A program made the translations under genes and the position numbers. The notes under the pieces are model-generated. The model saw only the letters and a list, made by a program, of their open reading frames with translations, did not search any database and was not told the origin of the DNA. From IMG/VR virus record IMGVR_UViG_3300020182_000022, positions 1 to 64,000 of that record: DNA of 64,000 nt. The stretch is one strand, 5' to 3'. Shown here one piece after another: positions 9,749 through 20,648 of the stretch. This stretch comes from a virus. The number at the start of each line of letters is the position of its first letter. Position 1 is the first letter of the stretch.

Positions 9749-11521
9749 TTATACCACGGGAGGTTCTTCAACTGGTGGTGCTTCTGCTCCTGCATCACCC
9801 ATGTCATCAGGCATTCCACCGAAATCAGGTGGAGCTCCTACATCACCAGCTGGAGGTAATGCGCCTCCCATGTCACCACCCATTCCCATGTCACCTTCAC
9901 CCTCAGCACCCTCTGCGCCTTCCATGGCATCTCTCCAGTTAGGTCCTTGACTCTCAATTTGTGTTAACTCCCACATTAATTCCTTGTCTTTCTTGAGGAA
10001 TGCACGATTCGCGATCACATCTTTGTCCGTCCAGTCTAGATATTTCTTCTGACAGTATGTATTGGATATCATGTCATTACCAGACATTGTAGAGAAATTT
10101 CCACTCTTGATCTCAAAAATCTGCTGCTCACGCATGGCATGAAAGCTATTTGGTGGATTGAACTCGACATGAATATTATCTTCTTTGAGGTCATATTCTT
10201 TCCACAACTTTTTCATCTTTAGTTGTGTTATGAATGTATTCTTGAGAGCTTCAGCAAATCTCTGATGCTGTCTCATGATAAATTTAGCGAATTTTAATTC
10301 TTCACGTAAAATCTCTGTACCGTCACTGTAGCTAGCTTCCGCTTCTAGGCGACTACCAGGTACCTTGAGAGCTTTGTATAGTTTCTTGACAAAATACATC
10401 AAGTCAGTCAATTCACCAAGATTCGCTCCACCTGCTAATTGTGACACCTCCGTTCCAGTGTTACCGGTTCTTTTGGCAAACCAAAAGCTGTCCAGCATGC
10501 TTTGGGGATTGAATGAATTCACTTGACCGTCTTGAGCTGCATCAAATGTCTTTCGGTTCCAGTAGTTGTGCATCAGTTTTTTGAGATATGCTTCAGCTTT
10601 CGGTGGAGGCATGTTACCTACATCGACATTGAACACTAATTTCTCTGGTGCTCGGACCAATCTATATATAACGATACTGTCTTCTACCATTGTCAACTGC
10701 CTGTAAGCTCTTCTGCAATTCTCAACGAACGGTAACCTTAAAGTCTTGTCACCGTTCCATATACCACTGTGTACATATGTGCATTGATTCTTGTCAAAGG
10801 GTATATACTCATACTTCTCAACCTGTTGAGTTTTTGGATCAATAATTGGTTGTCGGTATAGGTACCCTTTGATCAGTGTGTTTTGTACGTTATCATATAT
10901 AGGATCTATCAACTCTGTTGGTATCACTAGTATACCTAGGATTCCCTGATCTACATGCTCTTCATGTATGATATGCTCAAAGTACACCTCTCCATCAACT
11001 AACAAGCTTCGATAATACTCCCATCCCTTGTTATCAAAGTCAAAATACCTCATCAGCTTGTCAAACTCTTTGGTTAGTTCTGCTTTAGCCGATTCAGTTA
11101 AATCTGAATCTCTAAAATCTATATTAACCAACTTGCCGGTGTTCTCATCAACATTTATAGAGTCATCACAAATTTCATCTAGAGCATCACCCACTTCGGC
11201 ATACTGAGCCATTATACGATAATCCATCAATCTCTTGTACTTGTCTTGATCAACGTTCGAGTACATATACGAGTGATAATTCTTGTCAATAGCAACTGCA
11301 CCAACACCCTGATCCCAGGTCATTGTTTGTTGTGTTATACTAGACTTTGATAACGCTACATCCCTTTTCACTCCTCCGGAGTTATGAAAGTACTTGTACT
11401 TAGGATTTAAATCCTTGATCCCATCTGTTATATAGTTGGAACTATAAGGCATACGGGAAGCCACATATGACATGAAGTTTCTACCGAATGTAGATTGTTT
11501 TCCTGAATTTTGATTGCCCAT
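9749..11521 (-). CDS. 20: Portal vertex protein (T4 gp20-like)
   Basis: Contains 'EDSIVIYRLVRAPEKLVFNVDVGNMPPPKAEAYL', 'GGANLGELTDLMYF.KKLYKALKVP.SRL' and 'EILREELKFAKF'. Confidence 0.95.
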   Translation of the reverse strand: MGNQNSGKQSTFGRNFMSYVASRMPYSSNYITDGIKDLNPKYKYFHNSGGVKRDVALSKSSITQQTMTWDQGVGAVAIDKNYHSYMYSNVDQDKYKRLMDYRIMAQYAEVGDALDEICDDSINVDENTGKLVNIDFRDSDLTESAKAELTKEFDKLMRYFDFDNKGWEYYRSLLVDGEVYFEHIIHEEHVDQGILGILVIPTELIDPIYDNVQNTLIKGYLYRQPIIDPKTQQVEKYEYIPFDKNQCTYVHSGIWNGDKTLRLPFVENCRRAYRQLTMVEDSIVIYRLVRAPEKLVFNVDVGNMPPPKAEAYLKKLMHNYWNRKTFDAAQDGQVNSFNPQSMLDSFWFAKRTGNTGTEVSQLAGGANLGELTDLMYFVKKLYKALKVPGSRLEAEASYSDGTEILREELKFAKFIMRQHQRFAEALKNTFITQLKMKKLWKEYDLKEDNIHVEFNPPNSFHAMREQQIFEIKSGNFSTMSGNDMISNTYCQKKYLDWTDKDVIANRAFLKKDKELMWELTQIESQGPNWRDAMEGAEGAEGEGDMGMGGDMGGALPPAGDVGAPPDFGGMPDDMGDAGAEAPPVEEPPVV

Positions 11522-11529
11522 CTATACAA

Positions 11530-11557
11530 TATTTATGCCCTAGGCTGTGTTTATCAA
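11530..11557 (-). promoter_or_regulatory. Late-type motif TAAATA with TTGATA 16 nt upstream
   Basis: Reads TTGATA-N16-TAAATA-N8-ATG on the minus strand before the portal gene. Confidence 0.5.
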
Positions 11558-11561
11558 TGTT

Positions 11562-14500
11562 CTATCTATCAATTACAACGTTTGATATGTAGCGTGGTGA
11601 TTGAGTCTCTAGCACTAGTAACTGTTTGTTATTATTATTTATATCAGTGTATATCTTTGAATCAATTAGCTTGACACCTTCAAAGGCTGACTGCACTGAG
11701 TAGGGTACTGTTTCTATTGATAAGTCATATATTATCTTACTATGATCGCTAAAGATAGCGCTAACTCTAGCACTATATGTATGTGCGGATGGCTTATCAA
11801 ACTTGTAATTATGCTTGAATCCCGGGATTCGTGGATCACCGAAGTCTGATTGATCTGGGATTGTAGTTATATCCACACCCACATTACCAAGGCTCTCGTC
11901 AAGCTCTCGACTATTTATATGCAGCTCGGTCCCGTCTCCAGGGTCATACACTATCTGTATCAGTTTGAATCCTTCTGTACTAACGGGTATATAGTTTGTG
12001 TTTATTTCTAAATCGAGTTGATACCCGGATAAAGTATATCCTGTCATTGATGATAATGATAGCGATTGAGTAGTGACCGGATTTGATGGTGTTGGTATTA
12101 TACTATTATCTCCTCCTAGTCTAATAGTTCTAGAAGTTACTGGTTTCTGCCAACTTGATCCGGGTTTAATATATTTATTTACAGCCTCTCCATGATACAC
12201 ACACGCATCAATGAGTCTCATATTTAGCTTATTGTACTTAAAGTTATTAGTGAATATACAATATATACTCTCACTTTCGCTTGATAGAGTCGCGCTGTAT
12301 GATACGTTATATATGTCAGATTTCTGGTTAAATTTGATTATCGGTTGATCAATTGACTCGACTATAAATCCTGATAAATCACCTGTTAGCATGAAGTTAT
12401 CCGCGTCTTCTGGATAATCATCGTTAGGAAAGGATTGTTTGTATTTCAATGTATCTAAATCAACTGAATATAATTTAGGATACACGGTAGTCCGAGATGA
12501 TACAGTATGTACTGCCGTATTACCTACTATTAGTAAGTTACTGTCTTCATTGAAGAACCAACCGGTAGGTTTCTCCAGTGCGTTCCCGTCATTAGTGCGT
12601 AGCAATACGTTAGATGTATTGTTGGACTGTAAGCTGGTATCTGACATGGAGAAGTTAAGCTTCTCTATTAACAGGTGCGTTGGTGTTGATATCAATATAT
12701 TGTTATATATTACATCCATATCGATAATATTATCGTTAATTATATCGTTATATATTTTCGCATGATCAGAGCTGTCAAAATAATCAAAGTTACCAAACAC
12801 ATTGGCCATAGCCTTACTGATGGGAAGTATGTTCTTACTATTATAGCTTCTGAAATATAATCCTCCAGAAGTCAAGGTATTTTGATTATATATCGTGCGT
12901 TGTATATTAATATCGATATCATCTTTAACCTCCTCAGCGTACTTTGTTCGCGAAACGGTCATGCTGTGATCAAAATAAGGTATATTATCAACATTATATG
13001 CATAATCCTCAACTCGATCTATACAAAAATCACCGTTAAATAAAGCACCATCTATAGTCTCACCCTGTTGTATACCACTTAAACTATCCCCGGTGAATGC
13101 TACATTCTCCCACTCACTGGAGGTCCCAGGGTTTACATACTGTTCGAATGTATCCTGTATTCCTGATACCGGGTTGTGAGTTGATATGTAGCGACCGTAT
13201 TCATCTTCATCATCGGTGGAGTTAACAAACGCATAATTGTCTAGGATTTCACATTGAAAGGATGAAGGGTCAATGACTCCGCATGCCTCATCAGTAAACA
13301 TACCACCATAGGCCTGTTCATCAAAAGTTGGGGACTTGTAGAACCCATGGAAAGTTATTGGTATACGGGATACTTTATTACCTATAGTTCCTGGAGCAGG
13401 GTCAATTCCAACATACCAGCTGTTATGCTCATCATATAACTCTTGACCAAATTCATCAAACCCGGACCGTCTTCGAAGATCTAGAAATGGCCTAGGATTC
13501 CGGGATTGCTCAAACTTGTTATCGATACCTGGCGCTCTGCCACCATCATATATATCATACTCTATAGACCTATCATACATATCAGGTCTTTCCGTGAGTG
13601 TGTCACCTCCGTCTATAACCTGACATCCAACTGCAACTTCAATCAACTCATCGATGAGTGATCCATTACCAGAATCGGTTGGTTTTCGAGATGGTTGTAT
13701 ATTCTTGTATAATGCATATTCATTACCAAATATATCTGTCCTCCACTTGTGAACTGTACGGTGGTCTATTAATAGTGTATCAATCCGTGTATCGATGTCA
13801 AATACGTTAGGTCCTTCCACTGGGAAAATGTCACTCTGGGACCATTGTGATCGATTCTTCCCAGTGAAGAAGTCTAAATCGTCAGTAGACCTACTAACAC
13901 CAACCTGTGGTCTTAATTGTATCTCATCTGCGGAAGTATATCCTGAGAATTTAGCTAAAGTTTTAGAGTTGATTATATCACCGAATAGACGACCATTTGA
14001 ATTGTCAGCCTTTAACCAGGTTATACTCTCTGCATGGTCTACTGGAATTCCAGAGATCCCAGTGAATGAGCTATTACCGAACCGTGATATATCAGGTAAT
14101 AAACTAGATGTATTATCGGTAAGGAGTATTGGTCGAGGGGCTTTACTGTAATAGGTCAATATACTAGTATTCTTGGGTGTAAAATAACCTCCAATCTCGT
14201 CAATCGATTTATATGTACTATTATCCTCCGGTACGTTGTTGATCACCGGATTGTATCGATTAAATATATTCCTCCATGGTTTTGAGGCGGATGATACTGT
14301 CATCGTCTCTCCTGCGGAGAGTTGCATTACATTTGATCCTAATATGGTGTTTATGTATGCTGGGTAGCGTATTGTATTTAAATTGTTCTCATCCTTTATG
14401 TAGTTGAAGAATTCACTGTAATTGTAGCTTTCGAGTTGCCGGGTCGATTCTTGTGTTAATGTTGATGAGTTTGTTAGGACTAAATTGATGCCTGGTAGTA

Positions 14501-15206
14501 TTAGTGATGGTGCGCATTCCTCTAGAGCCTGAGCAATTAAGGTAGCTCTATCTGTGAAGGTATTAACGTCTATTGGTAGAGTTGTGTCCTTGAAATACGA
14601 TTGCGACATGTCGTACAATTCTGTTATACTGATTGTGTAATCGAGGTTCACGGATGACGTGTCAATTGATACAATATTCCCGGATTCGAGGTTACTTACA
14701 TCAGGTAATAATGTTTGCTCAGCTGTGATACCTTTTATGTTTCTAGCAGTACCTAGAGGAGTGTTGCTGTCCGATCTTTTTATCTTTTGCTGCTTGATGA
14801 TGTCGCGCTCCCGGGCGTAATATAGCGTTATTTGTTTTATCTTAGCTGCAAAGAAAGGAATAGCAGATTCTACGTGTCGCGGGTCTGTGTAGTTTATGTT
14901 TGTTAGGAATCGCTTCTCTTCGTCAGTCGTGTAATTTAACGCGATATCCTTAATTAATGACCGGTACTGGCTGGTTATTATATCTCTGGACTGGCTCTCT
15001 GATTTCAACTCAATAGCTGACCATTCGCGAAGATATATATTGTAATGATTTGTCAAGTCATCGTCTGTTGATCCTTTAACGCGAGGTAACCACTCGACAT
15101 ATGTTAGTGGTTGATGTAAATCGACGATATCGGGTGATTCTCGCGACATACCCGGGGATGTGATACTGTTAATGGGGGTATAATTCCTGGTTATATCTAA
15201 GCTCAT
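11562..15206 (-). CDS. Large virion structural protein, baseplate-associated (1214 aa)
   Basis: Long acidic ORF co-oriented with and abutting the baseplate wedge genes. No family recognised. Confidence 0.55.
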   Translation of the reverse strand: MSLDITRNYTPINSITSPGMSRESPDIVDLHQPLTYVEWLPRVKGSTDDDLTNHYNIYLREWSAIELKSESQSRDIITSQYRSLIKDIALNYTTDEEKRFLTNINYTDPRHVESAIPFFAAKIKQITLYYARERDIIKQQKIKRSDSNTPLGTARNIKGITAEQTLLPDVSNLESGNIVSIDTSSVNLDYTISITELYDMSQSYFKDTTLPIDVNTFTDRATLIAQALEECAPSLILPGINLVLTNSSTLTQESTRQLESYNYSEFFNYIKDENNLNTIRYPAYINTILGSNVMQLSAGETMTVSSASKPWRNIFNRYNPVINNVPEDNSTYKSIDEIGGYFTPKNTSILTYYSKAPRPILLTDNTSSLLPDISRFGNSSFTGISGIPVDHAESITWLKADNSNGRLFGDIINSKTLAKFSGYTSADEIQLRPQVGVSRSTDDLDFFTGKNRSQWSQSDIFPVEGPNVFDIDTRIDTLLIDHRTVHKWRTDIFGNEYALYKNIQPSRKPTDSGNGSLIDELIEVAVGCQVIDGGDTLTERPDMYDRSIEYDIYDGGRAPGIDNKFEQSRNPRPFLDLRRRSGFDEFGQELYDEHNSWYVGIDPAPGTIGNKVSRIPITFHGFYKSPTFDEQAYGGMFTDEACGVIDPSSFQCEILDNYAFVNSTDDEDEYGRYISTHNPVSGIQDTFEQYVNPGTSSEWENVAFTGDSLSGIQQGETIDGALFNGDFCIDRVEDYAYNVDNIPYFDHSMTVSRTKYAEEVKDDIDINIQRTIYNQNTLTSGGLYFRSYNSKNILPISKAMANVFGNFDYFDSSDHAKIYNDIINDNIIDMDVIYNNILISTPTHLLIEKLNFSMSDTSLQSNNTSNVLLRTNDGNALEKPTGWFFNEDSNLLIVGNTAVHTVSSRTTVYPKLYSVDLDTLKYKQSFPNDDYPEDADNFMLTGDLSGFIVESIDQPIIKFNQKSDIYNVSYSATLSSESESIYCIFTNNFKYNKLNMRLIDACVYHGEAVNKYIKPGSSWQKPVTSRTIRLGGDNSIIPTPSNPVTTQSLSLSSMTGYTLSGYQLDLEINTNYIPVSTEGFKLIQIVYDPGDGTELHINSRELDESLGNVGVDITTIPDQSDFGDPRIPGFKHNYKFDKPSAHTYSARVSAIFSDHSKIIYDLSIETVPYSVQSAFEGVKLIDSKIYTDINNNNKQLLVLETQSPRYISNVVIDR

Positions 15207-15211
15207 CTATC

Positions 15212-15218
15212 TATTTAT
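15212..15218 (-). promoter_or_regulatory. Late-type promoter motif ATAAATA
   Basis: Overlaps the upstream stop codon and lies 5 nt before ATG 15206. Confidence 0.45.
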
Positions 15219-18200
15219 TTATCATTAACCTTCCATACGTCTAGACTGTCTACTCCAGAAAATAAATTTAATCCTTTTCTTAATTGACGTTCTAACATTA
15301 TCTCCATAGTACCTCCAGGTTGTGACCAGTCTGTATAAGAGGATGATGTGTATTGTAATGTTGTATTAGGAGAGTCCCAATCTATTATATTAGACATGTG
15401 CGTTTGATCCACGTTCGCGTGGGGCTTATACTCGTATATCGAGTAGTATTGCCATGCATTCATGTCATCCGGGAAGTTTAATCCCCACCCTAATTCGTCT
15501 AGATGAGTGTGGGAACTTAAGGATATATTAATATTATAAGATGTCAGGCCATCGAATTCAGTGGAGTAATGCTCTACTGAATCTATGTACTTTACTCTAA
15601 TTGCCCCGGACTTCGAGCTATCAGTTACGCTCTGATAGTACAATACGTCAGGTATTGGACCATTCACCGGGTCATCATCAGTCTTTATTGACATTACCCC
15701 GGATACTGCACCTTGATTAGTTACATAACCATCTAATCTAATTGCGGATGGCCCGGGGGTTGTTGTTATCTCGATCGGATCACCGAAGCTATCGATATTT
15801 ATTCTATACGTCCTGTTCCGGAATAATGTTATTGTCGGATTTGTGCTAGCTGGTCCTATTAATGTTATAATACCTTCGTCGTCAAGTTCGAACACTCCAT
15901 GTTCATATGATTCATCCGATATATACTCACTTGACCATCTCTGATTAGGATCAGTTACTGTTATACCTGAGTCTGTTGTTACTAGATTAAATTCTCTGTG
16001 ATCTTTCCAGTTTATCATCATCGGAGAAACCGGACGGAAATTACCTGTATGTTCCTCTCGGATTACTAACTTTTCGTCTATCGTTACTCTTAGATTTTGG
16101 ATCAACTTAATTAATATAGGCTGTTCATTATAATTATTCAACCGCCACTCATGGTCCTTGCCTCTAAATATCCTATTGATATCATCTAAATGTCTAGCAC
16201 GTACGAAACCATCTGGCCAGTGCTTCCAGTACTCTTGAGATTTGGAGGGTATCGAGCCAGGTGGAACTGAGTCTATACTCTCATAATACTTTCCGGCATG
16301 ATATACATAATCTCCGGCGTAATAACCATTATCTGGATCATAGTCAAATATAAATAATAATTCAGATCCTAGATTAACACCTACTGTATTCTGCGACCAG
16401 TTACCATATTTTTCAAAATCTGTTTGATAGTCAGTCCTCGTACCTCTGAGCTTAGAGAAGTTAATTGATAATATGTCAATCAATCTAGTGATTTCTGTCG
16501 GCATAACTGACGACATTCTTGACATTCTGTGGTTTAGCATAGACGATAAGCTGAACAAGGCATCAACAGTGCATGTATCTATATCACTATGATTCTCCAT
16601 GAAGTTACTAATCCTTTCATACACCCTCTTACCTAAAGATACTGGAGAAGAACCAGTGGTACCAAATACTGTATTTAGAAACTCGTCATAAAATATTCTC
16701 TTATCTTTCAGTGAGGGTTGTTGTATGTAATCTCTAATCACTCCAGCAAAATCTACATCCTCACCAACCCTCGCGATATCAAATATACCGGATTCTGGTA
16801 GAAGTTGAAACTCGTCACTAGAACCGGTTATTGCTACAAACCCACTGCTGCTGTCGCTAGCAACAATTCTGTCATCAAACTTATTTATCCATCTCCATCC
16901 AGTCCAATCACCTCCGGCGCGTATCTCCTGCTCGAATCCAGTTGCGCTGACAGATACCGGATTACCATGAGATTGTCGGAACTTGACTTCACCCATTCCT
17001 CCAGATAGATACTTCATGTAGTTGTTAGCTGCTTCTGATCTTTTTTGTTCATTGGTACCAGTTAGGCTGGTATTATTTGTTACGAATACATCAATTTGAG
17101 CGTCTGTTAGGTATGATGTAGGTAGTAACATATCACCGGAAGTGGCCATGGCGTTGCTAGATATACTACTTATCCAGCTAAATTGATCGTTTGGTATCTG
17201 GCTATTGGCTACGTTAATGTATGCGCTTAGCGGTGGAAAGTCGGAATTCATTGCATATATTCTCTTGTCTGCGTTATTAACAACCAGTAGGTTGTTAGCG
17301 GTGTCCATTGACAGCCCTTCAATGGAGCTTCTCCTATTAGCATTATCACGCCTATCGTATGTATCTGCGGATAGTGGGTGATATCTAGGATCGTCATATG
17401 AACTACCTACAGCTACGGTGGTATCTACAGTTCCAGTAGATGTATTGTAGCGAGAACAAAATCTTTTGCCCCAGGAGAACCAGATATGATTGTTGTTATC
17501 CGGGATTATATGTGAAGCGTTGTTGATGTATTTAAATGAGTCTGCGGTACGGTTTTGTATGACTGGTTTCTTTACAATCCGGATGATACATCGATTCTGG
17601 GAGAAATTTTTATCAATCATCATCATATCTGGTGTGTTGGCAGATACATATAATGTCACTGTTCCTGTATCAATACCGGACACCGTGTCAGTATATAACT
17701 CACCAGTTCCAGTGAAATTCATAGGATCACCGCTTAGAGGTAATGATAATTCCTCTGGAATTATGTGTCGGAATTGAAATGGATGTTGACCGTTATTATA
17801 ATATGAGTTATCAAATATATACGTATTACCTTCGTACAATGTTAATAGTTGATTTGTTTCGTAACCGAATCCATCAATATATAGACCATCTGATATATAA
17901 TCATTAGTAGAGTCATCCCATACCTCCTCGAGCAACACTTGATACTCTATTGTCTCGTCATCGTAAGGTAATGGAGATGACATGTCCTGATAGCTGGTCC
18001 CTTCTAGAGAACTAACTGTAAACCGTAAGGAAAGTTCCTCATCAAATGCATATACTATACTTCTAGGAGGATCTAGGTCTAAGCTACCATCATAATTCAG
18101 ACCAGTTGACTCAGTTACTGCCCATACATGATCACTAACATCAACACATACGTCACCGGTGAAGTATCTATCTTCGCCTGGGAAGTCATACTTGTATTTA

Positions 18201-20647
18201 AAGTTTCCGCTGGGGTCGTAACGGGAGACAAAGCTACAGAGCGGGTTTGTATATGTTACTATAATATCGTTATTCTTACATGTCTCCACCACTGTCGGGT
18301 TGATTATCTGTTCGCCAAATTCCCCCGGGCGACCATTTACCTCGTTCAAGCTGTATTCTGAAGCGGATAACCAGTTACTCGATGGGTTTGTTGTTCTAGA
18401 GTCTGCTAGAAAATTAATCTCCTCCGGAACTGCGCATGCTATTACATTGTTATTTTTACCGGAAATTTTAATAGTTGAAACTGTATCATATAATGTTACC
18501 CAATAATCAAGGTTCTTATCTAAACTAACACTACTGGGACTGTACCCATATGCATCATTATCTCCGGGGTAAAAGTAAGCACTAATACTTGGTAGTAGTG
18601 AGCTTATATCAATCTCAGCTCTCGTAGCACCTCGTCTGTTATATCGTAATATTCTATCTGTATCACTATCCACGATGATCACTTCACCGGTGGGTTCAGT
18701 TGCGAAACCATACATACCACTATTACCAGGAGATGTAGTAGTTACCGGTTGTGAATATGTTTGTGTTGCACCGTCTTCACCATAACTAAACTCCCGGAAA
18801 TAAACCGGTTTGATTTGATGAAATAAATCGTTAGATGGATTAGTTAGGTAGTAAAACATTACTTCATAATTAAAATACAGAGGAGGGTCGACTAGTGTGT
18901 GTGTAAATAGTCTAAATTGATTGTCTCCTGATACATTATCCCAGGTGTTATCAATGTTCATGAACGCGTTCCATGTCCCGGGCGTTCTCATAGGCAGATC
19001 GTTGTTGATAATTTCAGTATACATGCTATTATCAGGTTCATATCTTGAATCGGGGGCGATATACGCATAATATTTCCGACCATCAATTGTACTCCACCAT
19101 CTAGGACTACCAGGCCCATATACATAGTCCCTTAACGGTGTGTTCAGTAAAATTTCGCGAGTATCTTTATCAACTTGTGATAGTAGTAGTGTCACTACCT
19201 CCCCGGTGGGGACTGGTGCAGTCTCGCGAGTTGGATGGGTTATAACCAACCGGATGAACGCGTCCTTACTATCTGGATAGATTGTACCGACATCCCATAC
19301 CTTAAAATCATCGGATGAGGATATTGCTGTAGTCACTCGAGTGAATGTAGAGTCTGTCCCGGATAGGTACATTGTCACGAATCCTTGAGCAGTCAACACA
19401 TCGGTGGTGATATCTCCTCCAGAGAATGCAGAACTAGGTGCTAACCACCCGCTACTTAACGGCACAATATCATCAGTGCATATTATGTTACCACTAACAT
19501 CCTGTGTTCGTACTGATAATGAGAATGGTGAGTCTAGGTATTTGTTCGCGTTTATCTTAAAACTCTGAATACCGTTGCTTGATATATTTAGAGAGCTAGG
19601 TGGATTAAACTTAACCTTGATGGGTAGGCCTACTTTTTGCGTTTCGTATATCTGAAAGTAATCGTTTTTTAATAGTTCAAATTTTGTTATGTCGCTATCA
19701 TTTTCAGTTACAGGGAACTTGCTAGTATCAAAACTAGCGAACAGTATTACATCCTTAGGTTCAGTAACTGGGACGGCATTAGCTGCTGTGTATGAATCGG
19801 GTATATTATCATTTTTTAAAGTCGCATCACTTGATCCGGATTTGTTTTCCCTAGCTGCGCTTGTTAATTTATTCGCATTATCATCCAGATAGTTGACGAT
19901 TGCTAGGCCGCTAGTACCGGCGAAGACTCCGTCAGGGTCATCGTATGTTGTATGTACTATCTCGTTGTTGACATTTTTTACGTATATATGATCGTTGTCG
20001 TCAGTCTGTACGCGTTCAACAGGTACCGTACTATCTTTAGATTCTAAAAATCTCCATGTAGGGCTTAGGTGGGCATCCGCCGAACTCCAATATAGTTCTG
20101 GTGTTAGTGGTCGTGAGTGACTCGATTGTGAGTATAGATTGATAAAATAGCCTCCGTCACCTGATACAACAGGCCATGACTGCCAGCTGTTATACCTGTA
20201 TATCGTTAGATCATCGCTCGGTACTCCAAGTGAACATCTCTCCGGTAATCCGGATTCAATAGTGGGTGTATACCATGTTAGAGCGTCTGGTATATAGTTA
20301 TATACCTTTATAGTTTGAGATCTCCGATTCCGGTGTGTTATACCGTTTTGGTCAGTAAAGATCATTGTTACCTTATACTCCCCGGGGAATTTATATTGTT
20401 TTGATATCGAGTATCCGGTTTCATACGTACCGTCACCCATATCCCATATAAGTTTGTCTAGACTTGCACCTACATAGGTACCAGCAATCGCTGATATGAT
20501 GGGAGTGAATGTGAATTCAGTTACATCTAGTGTATAACCGGAGATTGCGCGGGATCCTGTTGAAATTTCCCCTAGTCCGTTACTGCAAGTAAAAGGTACA
20601 ACCAGATCAGTAAAGCTAGTGAATTGAATATCCTGGTATGTTGCCAT
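15215..20647 (-). CDS. Large baseplate wedge-like protein (gp7-like position) with PKD-like and beta-propeller-like regions (1810 aa)
   Basis: N-terminal PKD-like 'WDMGDGT...YKFPGEYKVTM'. NHL-like strands ('DKNLDYWVT', 'DVSDHVWAV', 'DNNNHIWFS'). 'DIDTCTVDALFSL' resembles a gp7/P2 gpI-like segment. Directly follows gp6. Confidence 0.55.
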   Translation of the reverse strand: MATYQDIQFTSFTDLVVPFTCSNGLGEISTGSRAISGYTLDVTEFTFTPIISAIAGTYVGASLDKLIWDMGDGTYETGYSISKQYKFPGEYKVTMIFTDQNGITHRNRRSQTIKVYNYIPDALTWYTPTIESGLPERCSLGVPSDDLTIYRYNSWQSWPVVSGDGGYFINLYSQSSHSRPLTPELYWSSADAHLSPTWRFLESKDSTVPVERVQTDDNDHIYVKNVNNEIVHTTYDDPDGVFAGTSGLAIVNYLDDNANKLTSAARENKSGSSDATLKNDNIPDSYTAANAVPVTEPKDVILFASFDTSKFPVTENDSDITKFELLKNDYFQIYETQKVGLPIKVKFNPPSSLNISSNGIQSFKINANKYLDSPFSLSVRTQDVSGNIICTDDIVPLSSGWLAPSSAFSGGDITTDVLTAQGFVTMYLSGTDSTFTRVTTAISSSDDFKVWDVGTIYPDSKDAFIRLVITHPTRETAPVPTGEVVTLLLSQVDKDTREILLNTPLRDYVYGPGSPRWWSTIDGRKYYAYIAPDSRYEPDNSMYTEIINNDLPMRTPGTWNAFMNIDNTWDNVSGDNQFRLFTHTLVDPPLYFNYEVMFYYLTNPSNDLFHQIKPVYFREFSYGEDGATQTYSQPVTTTSPGNSGMYGFATEPTGEVIIVDSDTDRILRYNRRGATRAEIDISSLLPSISAYFYPGDNDAYGYSPSSVSLDKNLDYWVTLYDTVSTIKISGKNNNVIACAVPEEINFLADSRTTNPSSNWLSASEYSLNEVNGRPGEFGEQIINPTVVETCKNNDIIVTYTNPLCSFVSRYDPSGNFKYKYDFPGEDRYFTGDVCVDVSDHVWAVTESTGLNYDGSLDLDPPRSIVYAFDEELSLRFTVSSLEGTSYQDMSSPLPYDDETIEYQVLLEEVWDDSTNDYISDGLYIDGFGYETNQLLTLYEGNTYIFDNSYYNNGQHPFQFRHIIPEELSLPLSGDPMNFTGTGELYTDTVSGIDTGTVTLYVSANTPDMMMIDKNFSQNRCIIRIVKKPVIQNRTADSFKYINNASHIIPDNNNHIWFSWGKRFCSRYNTSTGTVDTTVAVGSSYDDPRYHPLSADTYDRRDNANRRSSIEGLSMDTANNLLVVNNADKRIYAMNSDFPPLSAYINVANSQIPNDQFSWISSISSNAMATSGDMLLPTSYLTDAQIDVFVTNNTSLTGTNEQKRSEAANNYMKYLSGGMGEVKFRQSHGNPVSVSATGFEQEIRAGGDWTGWRWINKFDDRIVASDSSSGFVAITGSSDEFQLLPESGIFDIARVGEDVDFAGVIRDYIQQPSLKDKRIFYDEFLNTVFGTTGSSPVSLGKRVYERISNFMENHSDIDTCTVDALFSLSSMLNHRMSRMSSVMPTEITRLIDILSINFSKLRGTRTDYQTDFEKYGNWSQNTVGVNLGSELLFIFDYDPDNGYYAGDYVYHAGKYYESIDSVPPGSIPSKSQEYWKHWPDGFVRARHLDDINRIFRGKDHEWRLNNYNEQPILIKLIQNLRVTIDEKLVIREEHTGNFRPVSPMMINWKDHREFNLVTTDSGITVTDPNQRWSSEYISDESYEHGVFELDDEGIITLIGPASTNPTITLFRNRTYRINIDSFGDPIEITTTPGPSAIRLDGYVTNQGAVSGVMSIKTDDDPVNGPIPDVLYYQSVTDSSKSGAIRVKYIDSVEHYSTEFDGLTSYNINISLSSHTHLDELGWGLNFPDDMNAWQYYSIYEYKPHANVDQTHMSNIIDWDSPNTTLQYTSSSYTDWSQPGGTMEIMLERQLRKGLNLFSGVDSLDVWKVNDK

Positions 20648-20648
20648 A